DNA of 63,885 nt, the filler included, from Basidiobolus ranarum (taxonomy: Eukaryota): the NCBI GenBank assembly GCA_040143965.1. It is 31 parts of 31 records of this genome, joined end to end, with 100 filler letters (N's around TTAATTAATTAA, not from the genome) between each part and the next. Parts side by side here need not be neighbours in the genome. Positions count along the whole stretch, not along the records: positions 10,358 to 12,327 come from JASJQH010010873.1; positions 12,428 to 14,396 come from JASJQH010010874.1; positions 14,497 to 16,464 come from JASJQH010010875.1; positions 16,565 to 18,532 come from JASJQH010010876.1; positions 18,633 to 20,599 come from JASJQH010010877.1; positions 20,700 to 22,666 come from JASJQH010010878.1; positions 22,767 to 24,732 come from JASJQH010010879.1; positions 24,833 to 26,798 come from JASJQH010010880.1; 23 more parts are not named here. One strand, written 5' to 3'. The translations under genes were made by a program, and so were the position numbers. Under the pieces are notes generated by a model, which made no database searches, was not told where the DNA came from, and saw only the letters and a list, made by a program, of their open reading frames with translations. This document shows positions 12,048 through 25,537 of the stretch, in pieces (position 1 is the first letter of the stretch; every line of letters begins with the position of its first letter).

Positions 12048-12327
12048 TGTTGAAGTTTATTGTCTTTATCATATTGATTATCTCTATCTTTATACACCTA
12101 ACTATTTCATATATCACATATAAGTTAGTTAACATTACTTAGTCAAATATCACTTAGCTGAAAATCAGAACATATATTATATATATATATGTGAATAATG
12201 TGAGAATTAGCAATTCCATATTGGAAATTTCAAACTCGTCCAAATTGCCCCAAAGATAGCCCATTTTACTCCCACAGATGTTCTGAACACAACCCCAGTG
12301 TTAGTTTTCTGTATTTCCACCAAAAAG
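12048..12327. repeat. LTR family B (TGTTGAAGTT...), inserted in Copia RT
   Basis: Near-identical to 18473-18532, 57413-57715 and, reversed, 38956-39181. Confidence 0.8.
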
Positions 12328-12427
12328 NNNNNNNNNNNNNNNNNNNNNNNNNNNNNNNNNNNNNNNNNNNNTTAATTAATTAANNNNNNNNNNNNNNNNN
12401 NNNNNNNNNNNNNNNNNNNNNNNNNNN

Positions 12428-14396
12428 CTCCTTGAGTACTTCTTTATCTGCTTGTCTTTCTTGTGGAAGTCAATAATTGCATACATTTTTGAGATGTTTC
12501 ATGAATAGGCCTGTACTTGCCCAATTGCCATTTGCTTGCAAAATACTCCTCAAGCACTTTGACTATTTTTGTACATCTTTGTATTGTGACCTTACTGAGG
12601 ATGCTTTGTGGTGTACTATTTCAACTGGTGTACCAAGCTCCATATTAAAATAAAATCTTTTTGCCCATACACTGAAGCTGGAAATACAGTTCTTTGTATG
12701 GGCATGCAGAATTTAGTAAGTGGGACAGTAGAGCCCAAATTCACCGGCTCTTTTGCTTTTCCCTTGGGTTTAATAACTTCTGGTTCATGAGTATTGTTTT
12801 AACTGCTTTTCTTTCTTTTCCAATTTGGTAATTGTGAAAATTTTTGAGATGTTTAATGAATATCCCTATACTAGCCCAAGTGCCATTTGCTTGCAAAATA
12901 CTCCTCAAGCACTTTGACTATTTTTGTACATCTTTGTATTGTGACCTTACTGAGGGTGCTTTGTGGTGTTTATGCAGCTTTTTGCCTGCCTTTAACTTTG
13001 GGGCTAATTTCAACACTTTGTAAAGTACCAGTTCAGGTTGGAGAGCTGTGAGTTTCATTTGCTGCTGTTTTGGATAGTTGAGAGGTACCAGATGTTGGAT
13101 AAACTTCTAAATTTAGCCCTCTGCCAACTGGTGTACCCGGTTCCAAGATGAAATTAAGCTTTTGTGCCAGTATAGGTGACTCTCAAAATGCAGATCTTCA
13201 TAATGGTGTGAAGAATTTGGTAAGTGGGACAGTAGAGCCTAAACTAACTGGCTCCTTTGCTTTTCCCTTGGGCTTACTAACTTCTTGCTCCTTGAGTACT
13301 TCTTTAGCTGATTTTCTTTCTTTTTCAAGTCAATAATTGCGTACATATTTGAGATGCTTCATGACCAGGCCTATACTAGCCCAATTGCCATTTGCTTGCA
13401 AAAACCCAGGATAATCCACATGAAATAAGTCAAGTACCTTCAGAGTAATGCCTGCTTTTTGGTTTTCCATGATTGGTGCAAATCAAGGTGATTTTGTGCA
13501 AGATTCTGCAAAGTTTCCAAAATGTTAAGCCACTCATCATCAGAGCAAGTGATGTCAGCTCTGATGTTTAGATTCTTTTGGTTTGCTGGTTTTCCTACAA
13601 AATTTTATCTTTCATGTGCCCAATCAATTTTAGATTGCTGTGTAGGCACATTGGTCCAAAACATATTCCACTCTGCTAGATTGTTGCAGTGACATTCATA
13701 CATATAGTATGGGATAGATTGAAATCCTGTTTGTGAATGGAGGGAGGGAGCAGAATGTTACTGAAGCTCAAGTACCACATTCAGCAGGTCTTATCTCATT
13801 GTTTAAGTAACTCTCCAACTGCTGACTAGTTGCTCCATGGTGCTATATTAATTTGGATATTATGACAGTATTGCTTGTCATGGCCTGTATATCAATTTCA
13901 TAGTTATTACTTATGACTGCATCCAAGTCATAATGGTGTTCTGCTTGAGATTCCCTTGTTTTACTAACTCTATCCAAATTCTTTACAGAGTGATGCTCAA
14001 TAGTTGGCAAAGTAAGCATTTTGAAAGTTGATTGTCTGGATGGTGTTTCTGTAGAAATTTGCTCAACTTTTCATTTCCTATGTATTTGTGGGGTTACAAT
14101 CTCTTCCTTTGCACTATAGTTGGAAAGGAACAAATCTGGTAGATTAATGGATGCTTGAGTGGTACTTGAGTTAGTTTCTTGCATGTTAAAGCCTTCCAAA
14201 GTGGATAGTGGATCACTAGACTGCTCTTCAATTAAGTACTCTGCTCAAGCTGGTTTCCCTACTTTCTTTTCAGTAGGCTTTTGCTTGAAAGCCAATTTTG
14301 ATTTAGATTTTGAATGCTTTTTGAATGACATTATGATTTTCAGCTGGTAAACTTGGTGTAATGATATTGCTTAGAAACTGCTTATAATAAACTGAA
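12428..14396 (-). mobile_element. CACTA ORF-X copy (ATG 14331) with internally duplicated C-terminal segments
   Basis: MSFKKHSKSKSKLAFK start. The segment ttgcttgcaaaatactcctcaagcactttgac recurs at about 12530 and 12890. Confidence 0.8.
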
Positions 14397-14496
14397 NNNN
14401 NNNNNNNNNNNNNNNNNNNNNNNNNNNNNNNNNNNNNNNNTTAATTAATTAANNNNNNNNNNNNNNNNNNNNNNNNNNNNNNNNNNNNNNNNNNNN

Positions 14497-14635
14497 GCCT
14501 ACCTGGTTGAAGGAAGGCAAGATGCTGTACAAGGAAGACAAAATGGAAGGTATCGAGAACGCACCTGAAGCATTCCTCCGTATTCTTCGAGGTGAAAACT
14601 TTGGTAAGCAAGTTGTGAAGCTTGCTGATCTTTAA
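14497..14635 (+). CDS. NADP-dependent alkenal/enone reductase (PTGR1-like, zinc-independent MDR), 3' end
   Basis: PTWLKEGKMLYKEDKMEGIENAPEAFLRILRGENFGKQVVKLADL*. Confidence 0.88.
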
Positions 14636-15039
14636 ATCAATTAATGAAATCAAAATGTAAATCAAGCACACTCCAGCATAGACAATCAATGTTATAATAA
14701 ACGATGAACAATTTTCAACAAAATTCGAGTTCATATATTCTGGAATTAATATAGGGATGCTTTGAGCCTTAATTTTGGTCATTTGACTATTTATTGACCT
14801 AATGTAACCAAACTTCTGAGATACACATCAAAATGGTCTCTTTACTAACGTTAACAGCCAGTTTCCGTGAGGGTGGATTTTAATATCGAAATAATATAAG
14901 TTGATTTAATCTCATCAATAAATGTTAAAAGACCATGCTCTATCCTTGCCATAACTGAGGTAGTATGTGCATTCTTGACATATCAGGATAATCTTCCACG
15001 TAACTGAAAAATCCATGTGTGATGCTTCATTAGACTACG

Positions 15040-15383
15040 CGGGAGTTGACTGGAATTAAGCTATGTGAGAGTTATTCTCCAACGGTATTGATGTTTACTA
15101 ATGTGTAACAAGATTCAAGATACGGTGTTGAAGCATTATAATGGCGTTTCTCAAATCCCCGTGTTTTAATCTCACAGTACAGCTATTGCTCGGATCCTGA
15201 ACCAATGTACAACGTTGCCTTGGCGTTGATGATAAGACTCCAAGGATTATTAGTAGTGATCTCGATACCGAATTCACCGAGGATATTACCAATAGAGTGA
15301 AGAATGGAATTATGGTATACAAACAGGATAGAAAAGAAGGCGCTCTGGAGGATTTTAAGCAAGTTGTGACTTTCACTAACTAA
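15040..15383 (+). pseudogene. Highly decayed relic of the same reductase (3' half)
   Basis: Fragments NGIDVY, DTVLKHYN..SQIPV, SQYSYCSDPEPMYNVAL and VKNGIMVYKQD..EG...KQVV align to 51089-51542. Confidence 0.75.
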
Positions 15384-15881
15384 TTCAAGTAGTGAAATCC
15401 ATATGTAAAGTTTCTCATTTAAAATAGAATCATTGTAATAAATATATAATTTATGAGTCCATTAATTTGAGTAATTCGTGTGGATATTCTAATTCAACAT
15501 GTAAAGTGATTTACGTAGTCACAAAGAACTTTTGTATCACCTTAGGCTATTTTTACTTTGTCGTCATGTGAGGTATCTACTATTTTTGGGAATCTCTTTG
15601 ATTAACACTTGCTTTTCGGAATGCATCCAAGTAGCCATTTTACCAACTCTGCACAAGTATCCGAGATAGGTTGGTTAATTTTTTTCGATGATGTAGCAAA
15701 CCAGATTAGCTATAGAATCTACACACTTAGTCATCTGTTGAGTGAGATACTATCAATACAGCGCTAAATTTGGTATTTGCTGGCTAACAAGTTTGGAAGC
15801 CTTAAGTTTAAATCCGAATCTATAAAAAGGAAAGTCATCCTAGATTATAACCATAACATTATCTCATAGATATCTATTAGC

Positions 15882-16464
15882 ATGTCTCACAAGAACACCC
15901 AAGTTATCTTCAAATAAGTCCCTGAGGATATGCCTATCGTAGGCAAAGATATCGAGTTGGTCACTAAGGATTTCGATCCCAATTCTATCACTCTTGATGA
16001 AAATGATGTTCTCCTTCGCAATTTGTATATGTCAGTTGACCCATATATACGTGGTAGAATGCGCTCTGCTGAAATAAAATCTTACGTTCCTGCTTTCACT
16101 ATAGGTGAGGTTATGCAGGTCGGTGGAGTCAGTCAAGTGATCAAATCTAAGAATCCTGAATACCAGGAAGGTGATATTGTCACTGGTATGATCGGTTGGG
16201 AGAACTACACTGTCATTTCCGGAGGCAAAGATTTGCACAAGATTGAAGGTGCTCGCGAATCATCCATTCCATTGTCATACCACCTCGGAGTTCTTGGTAT
16301 GCCTGGAATGACTGCATACGCAGGTTTGTTCAAGATCGGAGAGCCTAAGGAAGGTGAAACCATCTTCATCTCAGCTGCATCGGATGCTGTAGGCCAAGTG
16401 GTCGGACAGATCGCCAAGGTCAATTGAATTCGAGTTGTGGGTATTGCTGGAGATGACTCCAAGG
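15882..16464 (+). pseudogene. MDR alkenal reductase pseudogene (5' part)
   Basis: ATG at 15882 (MSHKNTQVIFK), TAA at 15915, AASDAVG instead of AASGAVG, and TGA at 16425 where the paralogue has Gly. Confidence 0.85.
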
Positions 16465-16564
16465 NNNNNNNNNNNNNNNNNNNNNNNNNNNNNNNNNNNN
16501 NNNNNNNNTTAATTAATTAANNNNNNNNNNNNNNNNNNNNNNNNNNNNNNNNNNNNNNNNNNNN

Positions 16565-17122
16565 CTTGATGGCTCGCGATTTTCCGTATCCACTTGATTG
16601 TATAATCGAAGTATACGGAGACATATAAGAATGTTTGCTCCACTTACCCGCTGCTGCATTCAAAGAGTTAAGCAGCCGATGTACCAGATTCACTTCATCC
16701 ACGTATATCTGACTGAAGGATGTTTTCACCCAAGCCGGCGACTCCTTGAAATCATTCTTGGACAAATCGGAAATAAAATTTTGCTTGAAGAGTGATGCAG
16801 CCACATGACTAAATCCTCTCGCAGTCAACTCTTCTTGAATCTTCGCAAGGTCCTTGTCTAGTACGACAGTGAAGAGTGTATATATATTCTCGATATTAGT
16901 GACAACGATTGTTTTAATAGTATCTTCTGAAAGTCTCGTGTTATGTACAAAGTATTGCCGGAGGTAGACTATCATAGATTCCTCATACCTTGCAATATCT
17001 GCACTCCACTCTCCCAAGTGACTCATATTAATGCCTTGGGAAAGAAATTGTGGAAGTGTAAGGCACCCAAAAGGTGGATCCTTTGGAGGCACTTCTGTTG
17101 GAGAATCCTCAGTGAAAGACAT
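16565..17122 (-). CDS. P-loop NTPase with YxSPYxSIIQSSGxGKSR Walker A, N-terminal part
   Basis: Open frame of 186 codons ending YMSPYTSIIQSSGYGKSRAIK at the contig edge. CpG is retained. Confidence 0.75.
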
Positions 17123-17846
17123 TCAATGTAGTAGCACAATCGAAGATTCAAACGTACAAAGATTGATATGCATTTACTTAGAGCTCCGAGTCATAAAACT
17201 ATGTAGATTTGAGACTGATTGGTGTAGATTGTGTGAGCCAATCAATCTGGCGAAGTTGAATACTCTTTGCATATTGTTACTAAATATTTGGTATTAGCAC
17301 TCTATATATATAACGCTAAAATAATATTTGTATTTTGAAGTAGAGGCTAATTGCATTCAACCTTACAAATTTGTAGTCTTCCTAGCAAATTATCTTAGAT
17401 GACAAATTTCTTATATATAAATTCTTTACATTTGCTTATTAATTGTTAAGTTAAAACCAAATGCTTTTGAATAGCTCAATTATTTTGCATCACCTTGCTT
17501 ATTGAAGAAGAGAGACATGAATTTCAAGAAGATCTACAATTCTCTAACCTATTTGGCCCATGTTCTAATGCACCTCAATTGCTACACATTTGCCTATGTT
17601 TTTTGGCTGGAATTTCTATCGATGTAAATTCAGCATAGTTATATTAAGACTTAAAATTACAACCGTGCAAAAGACATCATCGAATTCCCTATACAAGAAA
17701 TCATACAGAGAAATGCTTATTGGTGACAAGGTTGAATTTATGTATAGCAGTTTTGAAGAGATGACATGACATGATTGGAGATATTGATATAATGATGGTT
17801 TGTCTCGCAAGTGTCCAAAGCACATAAGGAAATTGTAGTGACACTA

Positions 17847-18294
17847 TGTTAAAGAATTTTGGAGCTTGTTGGAAGTGGTTTGGAGAATTAGAGAAATTGG
17901 TGGCTTTCACTTGTTGATTTATCAAGTTCAAAGCTGAAATTTATAGTTTTCTCCAAATATAAATAAACTAGCAAATAGAATATGTTAAGGAAGGTCCCAG
18001 GAACATGTGTACAAAGGTTGGGGCCTCTAGCACAAGATTGAAAAATGTAGAAATCTTAGAACTTCCAAGTTGGTAAAAATATGACAAATACATTTCAATA
18101 CAGAATAATGGGTAATATCTTAGTTCTATATAGGATAGCTGAATACTAAGCTATATATGACTATATAGGTGTTTAGGCAATGCTAACTTCTAGACTCTCC
18201 TTCAACTAAATAGCATATAAACTAACCCCAAGGAAGGCCTAGATTTTGCAAATTTTGGTTGGAATGATGGTTTGGTTAATATATCAGCAATCAT
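17847..18294 (-). mobile_element. Copia 3' end: RNase H tail, polypurine tract (18195-18205) and complete 3' LTR-A (17847-18194)
   Basis: MIADILTKP...SLGLV, then TTGAAGGAGAG, then an LTR of about 348 bp ending TTTAACA. Confidence 0.85.
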
Positions 18295-18532
18295 TGTTGA
18301 AGTATTTGGGAGCCTGTTGGAAGTGGTTTAGAGAATTAGAGAAATTGGTAATTTTCACTCATCAATTTATTGAGTGGAAAGTTGACATGGATAAGTTGGT
18401 GAAGATGTAAGCAAAGTAATATGTAAAATGTGTTAAGGGAGATCCCAGGAACATATGTGCAAAGTTTAGGCCTGTTGAAGTTTATTATCTTTATCATATT
18501 TGTTATCTCTATCTTTATACACCTAACTATTT
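18295..18532. repeat. LTR-A fragment with LTR-B inserted at 18473
   Basis: Direct similarity to other LTR-A and LTR-B copies. Confidence 0.8.
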
Positions 18533-18632
18533 NNNNNNNNNNNNNNNNNNNNNNNNNNNNNNNNNNNNNNNNNNNNTTAATTAATTAANNNNNNNNNNNN
18601 NNNNNNNNNNNNNNNNNNNNNNNNNNNNNNNN

Positions 18633-18832
18633 CTAATCATTTGGACTACTGTGTTGATAAGCAGCAGCGAAGTTTGGATGAAGTTCAACTTGAAGATGAT
18701 ACTGGACTCTTTTAGTGAGATTAAGGCCGAGCGATAGACAATAACTACGGCCACTGGAAATGCAAACGCAGTCACCATTGTGTTGAAGTTATAATCCAAA
18801 GCCTCACGCTCTAATTCCTTCAAGTTTTCCAT
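18633..18832 (-). CDS. Integral membrane protein, N-terminal fragment (two hydrophobic helices)
   Basis: MENLKELEREALDYNFNTMVTAFAFPVAVVIVYRSALISLKESSIIFKLNFIQTSLLLINTVVQMI, open to the contig edge. Confidence 0.6.
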
Positions 18833-20143
18833 TTCCGTCTATTCTAAATGATTATTTGTAAGGAACAGTAAACGAAAGAGAACTCAAATAATTATTATAC
18901 AAGGGAGGAATTTGAAATGAATTCGGAAGGCCGTTGAATCCCATACCTCCTACTTTTATTTCCCCGATCAAAAGAGCCTCTTGTCCTACTCGAAATTCGT
19001 ACACTATGCAAGGTTACTTTGAAAGATTAATAACCAGTTTCAACATCGCACATTCCCCTCTAACGAGGCAGCTGATGACTCAAGATAATGAGTGCGGGAG
19101 AATCATAGTTACACACATGAATCAACCGATCACTAACTTTACTCTGAACCAGTAGGAATTTCCATACCGGCTCTAGATGTCTATGATTATCTCAGAAAAT
19201 CATTCCAGCTGTGTCTTTTGGAAAGTCCAGAGCGATACCTCGTTTGTCAAATAGTACAAGTACAATTGGATGATTTTGTCCAGTAGTGGTACAGAGGATT
19301 GATGCTCTACACGTACTACCTCATAATTTCTTTACTGCCACTGAAAAGATTATCTTGGACAGCAAAGAAGAAATTTTCAAAGTGTATCTGCAATAAATAT
19401 CAAATAAAGAGATATTTAGAAAATCACCTTTGATAATATGTAAAGCTCACTATAGACATGAACTCAGGCATTCCATGCATACTATTAGTAGGTCTTCAAA
19501 AAGATATGGGTGCTGGTATTAAAAGTAAAGTCTGACTAACCTATATATCCTAACAAAATATACTCTGGAACATCCACTGAAGAGAATATGGCTTAGCTTT
19601 GTAAGTTTGACTTACAGCAGCCAACTACAGAGTAAAGTGAAGGTAGTATGTGCAAGGATCATAGTATGATAATAAGTAGGTAATAGACGTCACCGTTTCA
19701 TTTATGCAAATACAAACTTTATGCATTTAGAGGAGTAGTCAATAGAGGATCCCAAAACCACCCAATCATTCGCTAATTGTGGCACCTAGCGGTTAATAAG
19801 CAGTTAATATGCAGTTCATGTGCGGTTAATATGGTCAAAGAAGATGGTAAAATACCTTGCATGAGTTTATTTGTCTTTTTCATTGGCGTCATCCTTCCCA
19901 AGGTTCTAGCGATCCTCCACAAACTTGTCGGAGACCCAAACACAATCATTGACTGGTAATTACTTTTGTGACCATCTCAGAGCTGAAACCAACCACTTTG
20001 GCGTATGACATCATCTTGGCCGGTATACAACTTTGCATACTGCCCAAGAGCAGTCGTTCGCTTCATTATGTGGATAAAGTGGCTAAGTATTGTGATTATA
20101 GGCACTTGGATGACCTCACCTCCTCTTACTATAATAGAAGTAA

Positions 20144-20599
<456 letters not shown>

Positions 20600-20718
20600 N
20601 NNNNNNNNNNNNNNNNNNNNNNNNNNNNNNNNNNNNNNNNNNNTTAATTAATTAANNNNNNNNNNNNNNNNNNNNNNNNNNNNNNNNNNNNNNNNNNNNT
20701 ACTAAATCATAGGCTTAG

Positions 20719-21582
<864 letters not shown>

Positions 21583-22314
21583 TTGATAGTCCATCGAGTT
21601 ATTCAACACCAAATCTCCACCCTCACCCTTACCCTCAAACCCCGCAACTCCCAGTTTCATCTATTGTTCATTAACTTCTTTCCAACGCTTGGGTAAACGT
21701 TTTGAATTTTATTTTTAAGATTCTACACTTTGGCTGGATTGCTTTCCCTCTGTCATGTAAAATTAGCAGCCATCCAAATCAAATCATAAAACAATCGGAA
21801 TAAATGTTGGAGCAATTCAAATGTTCTGCAACTCAACTCTCTTTATACTAAGAACATCACACTCAAGGTTTAACAAATATTCGCATATAATCATTCTGAT
21901 CCATCATCTGAGATCGATTCAGATCACGATTAATTTTGAACTTAATCAAATGTGTAGAAAACAACTGTAAGGCTCAGGTAACACAACAATCAAAGAATGA
22001 AAATTTCGTAGATTTCAGATGCTACGAAAAGTGTTAATAGAATCAAGTCATTCTTCCTCACCTCACCTCTTCACCCTAATAATTTAAGGTTTGAATCAAT
22101 TCAACTGTGCTACACTTAATGTTATCAGCACTCATAATCTCGAAGGGAAAGTAATGTATACCATTCCGGTTAGTAGATAAGAATCAACCGTGCGTTAGTG
22201 ATACCAGTTTTGAAAAATAGATATTGGTTGGTTAAATTACAAATATTTATTAATTTACTTCACATATAATAATCTAGAATTATGTGAAGAAAAACTTAGA
22301 CCAAGTGGAGTAAT

Positions 22315-22665
22315 TTATTTTTGCTCAACGGAGACAACCTTTCCAAGCATGACAGCGGTGTTACCATCGAGGAAGGCAATACGGGAAAGACCTTCGCAGT
22401 TCTTGAAAGAATCAACGATAAGGGGTTGGATAGGTTCGAAGACAACCTCAGCAGCTTCAGCAGCCTTGAGGGAGTGGGGGGATTCGAGCTTCTTACGGCC
22501 AGTTTCCTTACCGATCTTCCACTTGAGATCAACGATCTTACAAGCGGCACGACCACAACGGACGAAACCGATGGGGGAGTATCCGGGCTTGACTTCTCCT
22601 GGGATATCAAGAGTTTGGATTTGAGCAGTGAAGTTCTTGACAGGACGAAGGGTGGTATCGTTCTT
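22315..22665 (-). CDS. EFL: Elongation factor-like protein EFL, C-terminal domain III (frame missed by the ORF track)
   Basis: KNFTAQIQTLDIPGEVKPGYSPIGFVRCGRAACKI...KETGRKKLESPHSLKAAEAAEVVFEPIQPLIVDSFKNCEGLSRIAFLDGNTAVMLGKVVSVEQK*. Confidence 0.93.
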   Translation of the reverse strand, partial: KNDTTLRPVKNFTAQIQTLDIPGEVKPGYSPIGFVRCGRAACKIVDLKWKIGKETGRKKLESPHSLKAAEAAEVVFEPIQPLIVDSFKNCEGLSRIAFLDGNTAVMLGKVVSVEQK

Positions 22666-22766
22666 GNNNNNNNNNNNNNNNNNNNNNNNNNNNNNNNNNN
22701 NNNNNNNNNNTTAATTAATTAANNNNNNNNNNNNNNNNNNNNNNNNNNNNNNNNNNNNNNNNNNNN

Positions 22767-22877
22767 TCTTGACAAAACTATAAATGTCAACTTTCTACTC
22801 AATAAATAAATAAGTGAAAACCACCAATTCCTCTAATTCTCCAAACCACTTCCAACAGGCTCCCAAATACTTTAACA
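22767..22877 (+). repeat. LTR-A 3' end
   Basis: ...CCACTTCCAACAGGCTCCCAAATACTTTAACA. Confidence 0.85.
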
Positions 22878-24470
22878 AAGACTACTGAATTGATTTTCTT
22901 AATGTTTTCAAAAGGCCCTAACCTTTTATGATCAAGTTAATCACAAGTTCTGGTGGTCTTGATATTTTTTCAGATTAGCTTTCCATAATTTTCTGGTATG
23001 GGAGCTGGGTTTAGCCTTCTTTTCTTATCAGCAAAGTTCTTGTATTGGGTTTGAGCATGCCCTAATCAGAAATTATTTGTTTATGGATGTTCTTAAGGAA
23101 AGTGACATGATCAGAGGCAGGAGGGCAAGGTATATTGGATGGTGGATGAAATGTGTTATGAGTATGGAATCCATGACGTGCAAATAAAGGAGTTTGTTTT
23201 TTTGGGATATGATAAGAGTTGTTGTAAGCAAACTCAGCAAGAGACAAGTAATGTGTCTAATTATTGTGATCATAGTTAATAGTACATTGCCATTATTGTT
23301 CCAAAGCTTGGTTGACTCTTTTAGTTTGGCCATCATATTGGGCATGGAAGGCAGTGAAGAGATTGGCAGAGATAACCTTGATTTGTAGAAGACTTTTCCA
23401 GAATCTGGGGCAAACTGAGGTCCTTGGTCCAAGATGATAGTTTCAGGGAGTCCATATATGCATCAGATATTTGAGTTACCAACTCTGCTCTTTGTTTTGC
23501 ATCAATTAACATGTTGCAGGGCACAAAGTGGCCATCTTTATCAGACAGTCAACAATTACCAGAATGGAATCATATTTAGCAGACAAGGGGAGATCAGATA
23601 TGAAATCTAAGGATATTAATTTGCACCATTGATGAGGGATTGGAAGTGGTTCTAGGAGGCTCTAAGGCTGATGTCTTGGAGTCCTCACTCAAGCACAAGT
23701 ATCACAGGAGGAAACATAAGTCTTGATAAATGCATGCATTTTGGGCCACCAATAATCCCAGGATGCCAAAATATATAATTTAGTAATACCAAAATGTCCT
23801 GCAAGTGGTGAGTCCTGTATTTCCAGCATGATTTTGAGTCTGGAAGTATGGTCTGGAATGTAAAGGCATTTTATAAAACTAGAGATTATTGCTGATGGAG
23901 AAATGGCAGTAAATGCTCAAGCTTGAGAGGCCTTTGGGTGTAACCTGGCTTTCTTTATTAATGATACTATTGGGTCTTCCAATTGAAGTTTTCAGATGTC
24001 TTCATGGAATGTGCTTGAACCCATTAGTGAAATGGCCAGAAGTAATGACTATCTTACTTGACAGCGGTTACTAGCTTTGGTTGTACTTAAGTACCAAAGA
24101 TTCCTTTGATCACAATAGACTATGATTGTGTGATTTGCTTCATCCAAGTATTGTCACCATTGTCAAATGCAGCAGTAATTGCCATCAGTTCCTTGTCAAA
24201 GATGTCATAGTTGATTTGAGCTGCAGAGAACTTTATGTGTGATATGCAACAGGGTGCAGTAGGTTGTCATCACAGTACTTTGAGAGTACTACTCCTAGAG
24301 CAAAGTCATATGCACTTGTTCAAACAATAAATGGTTAGTCTAGCTTGGGGTGCTACAGGATTGGTGCTGAGGTTAAAGCATTCTTTAAAGCTACAAATGC
24401 TTCTTGGCAAGATATGTTCCAGTCAAATGAGAGCTCTTTCTTAGTTAGATTTCTTAATGGGGCAGATATT
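22878..24470 (-). mobile_element. Ty3/Gypsy RNase H-integrase, heavily decayed
   Basis: Homologous to 26899-28863 (FSAAQINYDIFDKELMAI, SLAEFAYNNSYH). Confidence 0.9.
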
Positions 24471-24832
24471 TTGGTAGATTATCACAAAATGATCAAGGTA
24501 CTCTCTGAAGATAACTTACATCATGCATTGGAAGACTGTGAGAGCATTTGTAAGTACAAATTAGTCTTCTGGTTTGATTCCTACCAGATTGTAAGCATCT
24601 CTTAAACCAATCTTTGTAAATATCTTGGCTGCAGCAAGCTGATCCATGAGTGAGTTAATTAATAGACTTGTTGCATTTTATTGAGCCAGATCAGGCCAGC
24701 TAAAAAGGGTGCCAGCACAAATTGGCATGATTNNNNNNNNNNNNNNNNNNNNNNNNNNNNNNNNNNNNNNNNNNNNTTAATTAATTAANNNNNNNNNNNN
24801 NNNNNNNNNNNNNNNNNNNNNNNNNNNNNNNN

Positions 24833-25537
24833 GTTAGTTTGATTTCTGGGGGTGGTAGTGGGTAAGGACATATTTGGTTTCACCCGTTTGGTAGCCTATT
24901 AATTTTCAATTTAGTATTGGCCTTATGATCACAAAAGCACTCGTAGCTAATGGAGCTAAGGTTTACATCGCAAGTCGTCGTCTGGAGTTGATTGAGAGTG
25001 TTGCCACTAAACTGACAAAAATTGGACCTGGTACATGCAAGGCTATCCAAGCAGACCTTTCATCTAAACAAGCATGCGAGAGTTTAGCACTGAGAGTTTG
25101 AAGGGTTCTCCTACCAGAGTTCAAAAGCAGCTGTCAATCATTTATCTTCCATATTATCTTCGCATTTGGGTGGTAGGAAAGTAAATGTAGTGTGTGTTGC
25201 TCCTGGAATCTTCCCAAGATTAGTTATCCACTAGCCTAAGTATTCGTGAGTGGCCGTGTAGCGTTGTTAGCTGTTACTAATCAAGATAAATATATTGATA
25301 GTGACATGAGTGCAGATCTTGATGCCGATGGCCCAGAGTATCTGAAGGGTATCCCACGAGGTACAAGTATACCTTTGTCATTATATTAAATGATGAGTGT
25401 TTAATTTTTATTTTGTAGGCCGTATGGGAAATGAAACTGATATGGGCGGCTTGGCATTATTCTTGTGCTCCAAGGCATCAGCTTATATCAATGGCTCCAC
25501 TATTGCCATAGATGGAGGCACCATATTGTGGATGTAG
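24833..25537 (+). pseudogene. Short-chain dehydrogenase/reductase with an internal deletion
   Basis: ISGGGSG-intron-IGLMITKALVANGAKVYIASRR...IQADLSSK jumps to SYQSSKAAVNHL...VAPGIFP...GRMGNETDMGGLALFLCSKASAYINGSTIAIDGG. The NNAG segment is missing and there is a stop near 25099. Confidence 0.82.
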
